DNA from: Candidatus Oxydemutatoraceae bacterium
Lineage (GTDB): Bacteria > Pseudomonadota > Gammaproteobacteria > Poriferisulfidales > Oxydemutatoraceae
DNA: 64,000 nt
Assembly: GCA_965219575.1 (NCBI GenBank)
Contig: OZ244779.1
Span: 1,740,769-1,804,768 of the forward strand
Direction of reading: 5' to 3'
Shown here: in pieces, positions 19,930 through 29,108 of the stretch
How the letters are laid out: every line of letters begins with the position of its first letter
Position numbering within the stretch: the stretch's first letter is position 1
Translations under genes and position numbers: made by a program
The notes under the pieces: model-generated
Told to the model about the DNA's origin: nothing
What the model saw: only the letters and a program-made list of their open reading frames with translations
The model's database searches: none

Positions 19930-21764
19930 AAACTAACTTTGTATATGGTAATAAAAATGGGGTAACGTCAGGGGTATCAGGACAACAACTTCGTCCGCAG
20001 ACATCTGATGCGCACAGATTATACCATTGAATTAGGGGGTATCAGGACAACAAACGGTATCTGATAGTGAGGGAGCTTTGGGATTATACCATTGAATTAG
20101 GGGGTATCAGGACAACAAAAGTTCGGGTTGGGTTACTAATTCTGGCGATTATACCATTGAATTAGGGGGTATCAGGACAACTAGCTTGTGCCACTGCCCT
20201 TTTGCGTCACAGATTATACCATTGAATTAGGGGGTATCAGGACAACAAAAAGAGAGGTGAGATATGTTTGGATTTTGATTATACCATTGAATTAGGGGGT
20301 ATCAGGACAACAACTTGCGACCTTCAAAACTAGCCTCATGCGATTATACCATTGAATTAGGGGGTATCAGGACAACAATTTCATAAATATCATGATTTAC
20401 TCCAAAGATTATACCATTGAATTAGGGGGTATCAGGACAACTAGATTATCCGACACCGCTCTGGGATCACTGATTATACCATTGAATTAGGGGGTATCAG
20501 GACAACGCGGGTCGTTATTTAGTTCAGCCACATTATGATTATACCATTGAATTAGGGGGTATCAGGACAACAAACGAACAACATTGCTATCACTATCACC
20601 TGATTATACCATTGAATTAGGGGGTATCAGGACAACAAAATGACCCAAATTAATATCTACCAATCCGATTATACCATTGAATTAGGGGGTATCAGGACAA
20701 CATCATAACACTCCTTATTTATCTAACAAACGATTATACCATTGAATTAGGGGGTATCAGGACAACCAAGAGGAACTTCGGCACCTGTATCTGCTAGATT
20801 ATACCATTGAATTAGGGGGTATCAGGACAACATGACGGGGCAGGTGCGTATTGCACATAATGATTATACCATTGAATTAGGGGGTATCAGGACAACTAAA
20901 AGAAACATTACCATTAAAACTCTCCGGATTATACCATTGAATTAGGGGGTATCAGGACAACCCGACAACCAAACCATAATTTTGCTTATGAGATTATACC
21001 ATTGAATTAGGGGGTATCAGGACAACAAACAAACACAAAACACAAAACACAATACTGATTATACCATTGAATTAGGGGGTATCAGGACAACTCGTACCGC
21101 AGATATATCCCACTGCAACTGGATTATACCATTGAATTAGGGGGTATCAGGACAACAATAGTATCTTTTTTGATAGACAAATACAAGATTATACCATTGA
21201 ATTAGGGGGTATCAGGACAACAAATCATCCACATACTCCACAACATCACCAGATTATACCATTGAATTAGGGGGTATCAGGACAACATCCCGGCACCGCC
21301 ATAGACAACCGCAAGCGATTATACCATTGAATTAGGGGGTATCAGGACAACAGTGCCTCTATTATGGCACTGCATTTACTAGATTATACCATTGAATTAG
21401 GGGGTATCAGGACAACCTCCGGGTTGTCACTAACCAACAACCAGTTGATTATACCATTGAATTAGGGGGTATCAGGACAACTAGTAAATCTCCTGCTGTT
21501 GGTTTAAGATAGGATTATACCATTGAATTAGGGGGTATCAGGACAACACCTCTGTCAAACGAGCTACGTTGCCTTCAGATTATACCATTGAATTAGGGGG
21601 TATCAGGACAACACCTCTGTCAAACGAGCTACGTTGCCTTCAGATTATACCATTGAATTAGGGGGTATCAGGACAACCCCCCCGACCAATTAACGATTAT
21701 AAAATTAGATTATACCATTGAATTAGGGGGTATCAGGACAACTACCAACCACAGAATAAAAAAT

Positions 21765-21862
21765 TTTCGTCATGCGTAAAGGCAAACTCATGTGCGATTC
21801 TAGATTTATGGTTACCTAAACCCCACGGACAAATGCACTAGTTTGCCTCACGCATGACGAAA
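21765..21862. repeat. Long imperfect inverted repeat just beyond the array
   Basis: TTTCGTCATGCGTAAAGGCAAACT ... AGTTTGCCTCACGCATGACGAAA. Confidence 0.75.
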
Positions 21863-21943
21863 GAAAATTAATTAACTCTAAATATCCTGTTTAGCACTCC
21901 AGTCTTGCCTGATTTATGAAACCTTTTCACTGCGTTTTTATGT

Positions 21944-22912
21944 CTACCATCGTATAAAATCCTCCTGCTCCCCCTTTGTTGAGGCTTTATTCGTTATCGG
22001 CTGAGAATTGCGCTCCCAGAAAACATTGTCTTTATAGCCCTGTATAGTTGGGTCGGCAGTCGCTTGTTTTAAGCGTTTGACCGCCCAGCAGCAATACTCT
22101 TGGTTGATTTCTATTGCACAGAAGCGTCGCTTTAGTTTGTCGGCGACAACCGCTGTGGTGCCACTCCCGGCAAAAGGATCCAACACAAAATCTCCCGACT
22201 TTGAGCTTGCTAGGATTAATTTTGCGATTAGCTTTTCGGGTTTCTGGGTAGGATGGTCGGTATTCTCTGCCATAGACCAAAACGGAATTGTTATATCGGT
22301 CCATATATTAGACGGATATGTGAGGCGATAATTACCGCTTGCTTCTTGTCTCCAGTCTTTAGGTTTTCCGTTGATTTTATAGGGTGCTATGACTTTGCGT
22401 TTGAGTTTGACCGCTTCTACATCGAAATGATACTGCTCTGAGACAGTGCAGAACCATAGGTCTTCGGTGTTGTTCTTCCAGTTATGCTTAGCACCCCGCC
22501 CTTTTTCTCTTTCCCAGCTAATCCGATTGCGGATATAAAAATGCGACTCTAGAATCGGTGCGACAAGCATAGAGGTTTTCCAATCGGAGCAAACATAAAC
22601 CGTTGCCGTCGGTTTTAGAGTCGGTTTCAATTTATTTATTGCGTCTTCAAACCATCGCCGATAAATATTTGCTTCCTTCACTTTGAAAAGTGTACCGTTG
22701 TAGTTCTTAGATAAATTATAAGGCGGGTCCAAAATCAATAAATCTACAAAATGGCAGGGTAGATACTTTGCAATAGCAAATATATCACCGCAGATAATTT
22801 TTCCATTGATCTGTTTGACACTAGACTTAGTGCTTAAACGATGGACTCCGCGTAGCAGTGTTTTTATTTCCTTGGGGTCGCAGTTTAAGGTTCGGTTTCT
22901 CACGATAATCAA
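21944..22912 (-). CDS. DNA N6-adenine/N4-cytosine methyltransferase (beta class), orphan in this window
   Basis: DPPY, then HPTQKP, then DPFAGSGTT; start codon uncertain. Confidence 0.92.
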   Translation of the reverse strand: MIIVRNRTLNCDPKEIKTLLRGVHRLSTKSSVKQINGKIICGDIFAIAKYLPCHFVDLLILDPPYNLSKNYNGTLFKVKEANIYRRWFEDAINKLKPTLKPTATVYVCSDWKTSMLVAPILESHFYIRNRISWEREKGRGAKHNWKNNTEDLWFCTVSEQYHFDVEAVKLKRKVIAPYKINGKPKDWRQEASGNYRLTYPSNIWTDITIPFWSMAENTDHPTQKPEKLIAKLILASSKSGDFVLDPFAGSGTTAVVADKLKRRFCAIEINQEYCCWAVKRLKQATADPTIQGYKDNVFWERNSQPITNKASTKGEQEDFIRW

Positions 22913-23442
22913 CTATTAAATTTACTTTGGCATTCCTGATGGCTGTTTGGAATAACATTATAATACAGAGTAAAGTCTTGTGGTTTTGTGAGAGTTTGGT
23001 TGCGCGGATACTTTGGCGCAAGCGGTTATAGACCACCCCGTCAGGCTGCGCCTGCCACCCCTCCAGAGGAGGGGAATTAAATAGTGCAGATATCTAGGGC
23101 TGTTGAAAAATAGAACCGCCGATTGCTCCAGTAGGTCAATCGGCGTAACATTATGCAGAACTGTAACGCGCTGCGTCTGCACAAATAAAGTTGTACACCA
23201 GTTAATTTATGGAAACCAAAACCATACGGCGCAAGCGGCTGCGGCTGTGTAGAACGGTGTTTTACCCTAAATCCGCATTAGATTCCTGCAAGCTCGCATC
23301 CTCTTATATTGCAACACGCTCAGGCAAATTACCAATGCACCCATTGGGTGAAACAGTAATTATTAATCATTTTTCACATAAAACTCTCTACAAAGTCTTA
23401 GTTTTTTGTTACTATTTATCAATTAACAATATGGGAGGCATT

Positions 23443-25146
23443 ATGTCAAAACGAAATAAAAAAAAGCGCAAGAAGCAGTACCGGCGGGCACCGTATACGC
23501 TCGGTGTCACTAAAGAGAGATTCACCTCTCGCAGTGGTCTGTTGCCACTCGCTGAATTACTAGAAGCACTTAAAATTAAGCAACAAGCTGATGCCTTGTT
23601 TCCGGCACCGGGGAGCAATTGCAGTTATGACAACAGCACGATCGTCAATACCTTTGTGCTGATGCTCAACGAGGGTGCCAGTTGTCTTGAAGATGTCTAC
23701 CACCTACACACCGAAGCGGAGTTGCTTAAGCTGCTGGGCATTCAAGAGTTGCCGGGAGCAGATACTTTAGCGCAGTGGTTGCATCGTCATGGTGAGGCTG
23801 GCGTGCCGTTAGTTGGCGAAATCAGTCGCCGGGTGGTTGCCGAGACCTTGAAACTGTTGCGAGTAGATCGTGTCACTTTGGACATCGACGCAACAGCCAT
23901 TTTGAATAATAAGTCAGGTGATCATTGGACTTATCTGAAGCATCGAGGTTATATGCCGATGATCGGCATCATAGCGCAAAGTGGTCAGGTCATCGCCGCA
24001 GAGTTCCGTGACGGGAATGTTCCACCAAGCTATGATAATGCCGGTTTTATTGAAAAGTGCCAAGATCAGTTGTTGGCGGCAGGGATCGTCGTTGGGCGCG
24101 TGCGTTCGGACTCGGCGAGTTATCAAAAAGTAATCATTGAAGGTCTAGCCCATCGAGACATTGAGTTTATTATTCGTGCCAAACTGGATACTGCAATCAA
24201 GACGGTGATTGCTTCAGTGTCGGCAACGGATTGGAAACCGTTGCGCTTACGAGACGGCAGCCTATCGCAACACCAATGGGTCGCTCGTCGCACCCACATT
24301 ATGCACAACAGCGACACCCTATTTAATCTCATCATGCAACGCTGCCGTAAGAGCGAAGTTGCCGACTTGCCTGAGCAGAGAGAGTTGCCGGGACTGTCTA
24401 TAGAAACGCGATACGAAACTGATCAGTATATCTATCGTGTCATTGCGACTAATATTGAAGGGCTAGACGACTCGCAGATCGTCCACGAGTATAATCAGCG
24501 TGGCGAGTGTGCGGAGAACCGCATTAAGGAGCTCAAATCGGACTTTTCGGCAGGTCGTCTGCCATGTAGTGATTTTGGTGCCAATGCCCTGTATGTTGCT
24601 GTGTGTGCGTTAGCCTACAATGTGTTTGCACTGTTGCGTTGTGGCTTACCGACAGAGTTTCGTTTTGCCAGAGCACCGACGCTGCGAGTGCGGTTGTTTG
24701 GTCTGGCGGCAAAGGTTGTGCGACACGGGTGACACGGGATGCTCAAACTACACAACGCACATGGGACTGTTGAAAAAGTATTTCATAGAGTGGTAGGGGC
24801 GGACTTTATTAAATTGCCGATTGACCTACCGGCTCAATCGGCGGCTCTGTTCTGCCTGTAACGCGTTGCGCCTGCACAATTTATACATTCATCCAATTTA
24901 TGGACACTAAAACTAAATGGCGCAAGCGGTTACGGCTGTGCAAAACGTTATCGTTTTGGGCAGACACACAGGTCTGCCCCTACGACTTTGTGGTTATCAT
25001 ACATGTGGTGCAAAGCGGTTGGATTCGTGCAAAACGGTACTTTTTCAACAGTCCCACATTACAAATTGTTAAAGAGAGTTCTCGCACACTTCCACGGCAT
25101 TCTGGGCAGGCTATTGTCTGAGGTGCGATACCCGTTGCTACATTAA
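23443..25146 (+). pseudogene. IS1380 DDE transposase, C-terminus broken by a TGA at 24730-24732 and a MITE
   Basis: TLDIDAT, RSDSA and YNQRGECAENRIKELK; the frame resumes after the MITE (..NAH/YKLLKRV..). Confidence 0.85.
24763..25055. mobile_element. MITE (293 bp) with a 4-bp ACAT target duplication
   Basis: ACAT|GGGACTGTTGAAAAAGTA...TACTTTTTCAACAGTCCC|ACAT. Confidence 0.92.
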
Positions 25147-25444
25147 GACCAGTCATTCTATCTCGTTGCCATTGACAATGCATCATTCAAAGTAGATGCC
25201 ATACCCGAACCTACCCCAATTCGAGGGAGCAGAGCATTTTTGAGGTTCACTGGGGTCTAAATGGAAGTTTATTCCTCTTAGCCGAACAAATATGTAGCGT
25301 AAAATTCCAGATTGAGGTGATTGACCTGACAATTTAGCAGAAAATTATCCATCCCATACGCTTTTCATACCCCATTGCGGATTTAGGGCGCATCTACGAC
25401 TACCCCGTCAGGCAAAGCCTTGAACCTCTCCCAAAAAGGGAAAT

Positions 25445-25653
25445 GGGGCTGTTGAAAAAGTGCGGCATCGTACGAATCCAATCACTTGCGCCATTTGGTT
25501 TTGGTTTCCATAAATTGGATGGATGAATGTATAAATCGTGTAGACACAACGCGTTATGGGCGGACATGCTAGTCCGCCCCTACGGGTGGTTTGCAAATAT
25601 TCACAGCGCAAGCGGTCACGATTGCGCCGTGACGATACTTTTTCAACAGCCCC
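25445..25653. mobile_element. MITE (209 bp) with a 4-bp AAAT target duplication
   Basis: AAAT|GGGGCTGTTGAAAAAG...CTTTTTCAACAGCCCC|AAAT. Confidence 0.9.
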
Positions 25654-25740
25654 AAATAATGATTCGAGTCAATTCGCTCGCGCAGACATTATAGTAGAAT
25701 AGTTCCTTATTTTCTCGCTGAAAACACGAACTATTCAATT

Positions 25741-27045
25741 ATGGCAGAGGCAAAAATCACTTATCAACACGGTATCGCATCGAACCGATTGCAGTTCACA
25801 CATCTATTGCTACAAGTATTCTTTGTCGGCATGGCATGGGGGGTGATGCGTACCGTCGTACCGGTACTAGCCGAAACCGAATTCGGAAAGCCGGAGGACG
25901 CTTTTACTTTACTCTCCGCATTTGTCATTACATTTGGTTTCGTCAAAGGAACATTAAACTTTGTTGCCGGTCGCCTTTCCGAGCGGATGGGACGCAAATC
26001 GATTTTAATCGCCGGCTGGATAACCGCACTGCCGGTGCCGTGGATGATCTTTTATGCGCCCGGCTGGAATTGGATTATTGCTTCTACGATATTACTCGGC
26101 ATCAATCAAGGTTTGTGCTGGTCCATGACGCAGACCTCTAAAATGGATATCACGCATCTGAATCAACGAGGGCTCGCCATAGGTTTGAACGAATTTGCCG
26201 GCTATTTGGGAGTTGCCGTCGCCGGTGTGGTCACCGGTTATCTATCCGAACTGCTACCACCGCGCGAGGCATTATTATTTTTCGGGATTGTGGTTATTTC
26301 ATCGGCGTTAATATTCGCTTGGGTTTGGGTACTAGAAACGCTGCCGTGGATGCACACCGAAGCGCGCAGCCGGCAGAAGGAAAATAATATACACCGATAC
26401 TTCTACGGTTCTCGTTCAATCTCCGACACACCGACTACTCGGGAAGTCTTTGTTTGGGTGAGTTGGCAAGATCGCAGAATGGTGGCTTTTAGCCAAGCCG
26501 GATTGATAGAAAAATTCGTAGACACGCTCATCTGGGTATTCTACCCGGTCTACCTATACGAACAGGGTTTGAGCTTGTTCCATATCGGCATCGTCGTCGG
26601 CATTTACGGCTTCGTCTGGGGAACACTGCAAACCGTCACCGGAAAACTTTCCGACCAGATCGGGCGTATGAAGCCGATCGTTTCCGGAATGTGGATTTGT
26701 GCCGTCGGTGTTGCAATGAAATTGTACGGCGACGACATACTATGGTGGTGTTTCAGCGCAGCGATCACCGGACTGGGCATGGCTTTGCTGTATCCCAATT
26801 TGAGTGCTGCCGTCAACGACATCAGCCATCCGAATTGGCGCGGCTCGGCTATCGGCGTTTATCGGTTCTGGCGTGATCTGGGATACGGAGTCGGTGCGCT
26901 CATTTTGGGTTTGACCGCCGATATCCACGGTGCGATTACGAGTACTTTCTGGGTGGTCATTGTATCTATGTTTTTGTCCGGCTTGTTCGTGTGCTATTGG
27001 GGACAAGAAACCTTACCCAAGCTACGCAAGGCGGTGCTCGATTAG
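25741..27045 (+). CDS. MFS transporter
   Basis: About 12 hydrophobic segments; motif A GRLSERMGRK and GKLSDQIGR. Confidence 0.92.
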   Translation: MAEAKITYQHGIASNRLQFTHLLLQVFFVGMAWGVMRTVVPVLAETEFGKPEDAFTLLSAFVITFGFVKGTLNFVAGRLSERMGRKSILIAGWITALPVPWMIFYAPGWNWIIASTILLGINQGLCWSMTQTSKMDITHLNQRGLAIGLNEFAGYLGVAVAGVVTGYLSELLPPREALLFFGIVVISSALIFAWVWVLETLPWMHTEARSRQKENNIHRYFYGSRSISDTPTTREVFVWVSWQDRRMVAFSQAGLIEKFVDTLIWVFYPVYLYEQGLSLFHIGIVVGIYGFVWGTLQTVTGKLSDQIGRMKPIVSGMWICAVGVAMKLYGDDILWWCFSAAITGLGMALLYPNLSAAVNDISHPNWRGSAIGVYRFWRDLGYGVGALILGLTADIHGAITSTFWVVIVSMFLSGLFVCYWGQETLPKLRKAVLD

Positions 27046-27054
27046 GTTAATCGG

Positions 27055-27141
27055 CGGAGAGGGAGGGATTCGAACCCCCGGATCGCTTGCGCGATCTTCG
27101 GTTTTCAAGACCGATGCCTTCGACCACTCGGCCACCTCTCC
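27055..27141 (-). tRNA. tRNA-Ser(UGA)
   Basis: GGAGAGG acceptor, CT-TGA-AA anticodon loop, long variable arm and GGTTCGAATCC; followed by CCG rather than CCA. Confidence 0.95.
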
Positions 27142-27223
27142 GAAAGAACTTTAGGAAGTTATAAAAGAATACTACATAATCGTCGCCTAATCCAAAGGAA
27201 AAGAATAAATTGTGCAGAACTCC

Positions 27224-27322
27224 GGGGCTGTTGAAAATGTATTTCATAGAGTGGTAGGGGCAGTATAAATTCACGGCGCAAGCGGTTACGGTTGCACGCT
27301 GACGATACTTTTTCACAGTCTC
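27224..27322. mobile_element. Internally deleted MITE
   Basis: GGGGCTGTTGAAAA ... TTTTTCACAGTCTC with a half REP. Confidence 0.6.
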
Positions 27323-27362
27323 ATGTGCCGACACAATGTATAAGGACAGCCACTTTGCGTTG

Positions 27363-28304
27363 TTATTTGAGCCGTTTAATCTCCTCAGCGGATAAACCCG
27401 TCACTTCGGAAATCAACGAAACCTCCAGACCCTTTTGCAACATATTCAAGGCGATATTTCGAACCTCTTTAACCCTACCTTGTTCAATGCCTTGTTCAAT
27501 GCCTTCTTCTATCAGCCCTTCCCTTTCCAAGTTGTATTCCAGCTTGTATCTGTCGTGGGCTATAGAATCCCACAGATCTATCTCCTCCTCCGATACCTTC
27601 GCTAAATGCTCTAATGCCATCTTTATCTCTCCGTCTTGTGATAAATGCGCTACCTGCTCGGGTGTCAAGTCCTTTGAATGTTTCATAATATAGCACCACC
27701 TATCGGCCATATCAACTAGCTCTAAGTAGCTCTTATTAAATTTGTTTAGTTCCACTATCATTATCGTTAAATCCATCTTGAGTTTCTTATTCAGATGCTT
27801 AATCGATTTGATTTCTAGTTGGTCTATATGTTCGTCCGTGTCGCCAAATACCGTGAAGTCGGTGAATGCCAGCAAGTAGGTCGGACTAATCTTGCTATAC
27901 TTTTGTCCACGATTTACGACATGCGTATGCAACTGTGCCCAATAGAGCAACATTCTACCCAGGAAGTGTTTCTCACGATAGACCTGCATTTCTATGCTAA
28001 CATTCTCGCCACTATTCAATTTGACATTGAGGTCTAGTACGACTTGCTTGCCGTCCGGCGTGTTCGGTGGGATGACACTGTCTTCCAGATGCAACTTATC
28101 GTCCGATTGACTCTGTGGTTGCTTTGCAGACTCGGACTCTGTGTTGTTTTTTTCAGGGTTCAGTATCACCATATCCGAGGCATTATCGGAGATCGGCAGG
28201 AAGCTCTTGATCAGCGAGAGCAGTACCTGTTTATTAGTTGAGAAGTATCGTTTGAAGACGCGGTCTTTGGTCAGTGGTAAATATTTTCTCTGTTCTTTGT
28301 TCAT
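27363..28304 (-). CDS. Rpn/YhgA-like PD-(D/E)XK recombination-promoting nuclease / putative transposase
   Basis: DRVFKRYF, LD..V....IEMQ, RMLLYW, EEGIEQGIEQG and ISEVTGLS. Confidence 0.9.
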   Translation of the reverse strand: MNKEQRKYLPLTKDRVFKRYFSTNKQVLLSLIKSFLPISDNASDMVILNPEKNNTESESAKQPQSQSDDKLHLEDSVIPPNTPDGKQVVLDLNVKLNSGENVSIEMQVYREKHFLGRMLLYWAQLHTHVVNRGQKYSKISPTYLLAFTDFTVFGDTDEHIDQLEIKSIKHLNKKLKMDLTIMIVELNKFNKSYLELVDMADRWCYIMKHSKDLTPEQVAHLSQDGEIKMALEHLAKVSEEEIDLWDSIAHDRYKLEYNLEREGLIEEGIEQGIEQGRVKEVRNIALNMLQKGLEVSLISEVTGLSAEEIKRLK

Positions 28305-28534
28305 GAAACCTCCTATAAGTTTTGGTTAAAACTCATAGGGTGAGCGAATATTTAGGGTGTGGGGAAACATTTCGATGAACGGTAGCAGATATTAGATAAA
28401 CGGTAAAATATTGTGCAGATACATGGGGTTATTGGAAAGTACCGTTCTGCACAAATAGCATCGTTTCTTGTTGCATAGAATCGGCACTTGCTCCAGTTGG
28501 GCAAGTGCCGTAACCTCGTACAAAATCTAAATAT

Positions 28535-28790
28535 GGGGCTGTTGAAAAAGTATCGTCAGCGTGCAACCGTAACCGCTTGCGCCGTGAATTTATAATAACC
28601 ACCAAGCCGTAGGGGCAGACCTGTGTGTCTGCCCTTAAGTACCGTCCAGAATAACCGTAACCGCTTGTGCCATTTGGTTTTGGTTTCCATAAATCGGGTG
28701 AATGAATGTATAAATCGTGCCGACCAACGCGCTACGGGCGGACATGCAAGTCCGCCCCTACGGTTCATAAAATACTTTTTCAACAGCCCC
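28535..28790. mobile_element. MITE (256 bp) with a 4-bp ATAT duplication and an inverted REP pair
   Basis: ATAT|GGGGCTGTTGAAAAAG...CTTTTTCAACAGCCCC|ATAT. Confidence 0.9.
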
Positions 28791-29108
28791 ATATTGCAAT
28801 CGTGAGAAATAATATGAATATCAAAAACAAGTGGTGTCATGTTTTGCGGAACAATAGCACATCGGCAACTCAAACATTACAAGATGCAACAGTCGCTTGC
28901 GCCATTGAATTTACGATAACCGCCGAGCCGTAGAGGCAGAGTAGAGCCACCGATTGACCTACTGGTTCAATCGGCGTGACTTCGTTCAGAATCTCAACAT
29001 GACTGCTAAACGCATGCATTGCAAAATGCATAGGCCATCCCTCCGAAGGAGGGGAATGTACCGTCCCTGCGGTTCGTGGATACATTTTTAACAGCCTCTT
29101 TTAATGGT

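Larger units (their letters stand above)
18757..19970 (+). mobile_element. IS3-family element (IS407-like), 1214 bp, inserted in CRISPR repeat 21
   Basis: TG...CA ends, imperfect IRs TGACGTTCTCCC / TGACGTTACCCC, 4-bp GGGG duplication. Confidence 0.95.
17434..21742 (-). CRISPR. CRISPR array: 48 copies (one split by IS3) of the 35-nt repeat GTTGTCCTGATACCCCCTAATTCAATGGTATAATC, with 47 spacers of 30 nt (one of 31 nt)
   Basis: 65-bp periodicity over 17434-18756 and 19971-21742; orientation taken from the GTTG start, the internal TGGTATAAT extended -10 box and tracrRNA complementarity. Confidence 0.98.
23265..25388 (+). mobile_element. IS1380-family element, inactivated, with a nested MITE
   Basis: Inverted ends CCCTAAATCCGCA at 23265 and TGCGGATTTAGGG ending 25388; no target duplication seen. 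Confidence 0.85.

Noticed and set aside
17469-21707. A as first plus-strand base in about 25 of 47 spacers
   Set aside because: Spacers are A-rich on this strand and include duplicates; not convincing without statistics.
27052-27141. tRNA-Ser as an island integration site (ends in CCG)
   Set aside because: No integrase and no duplicated tRNA 3' end were found in the window; CCA can be added enzymatically.
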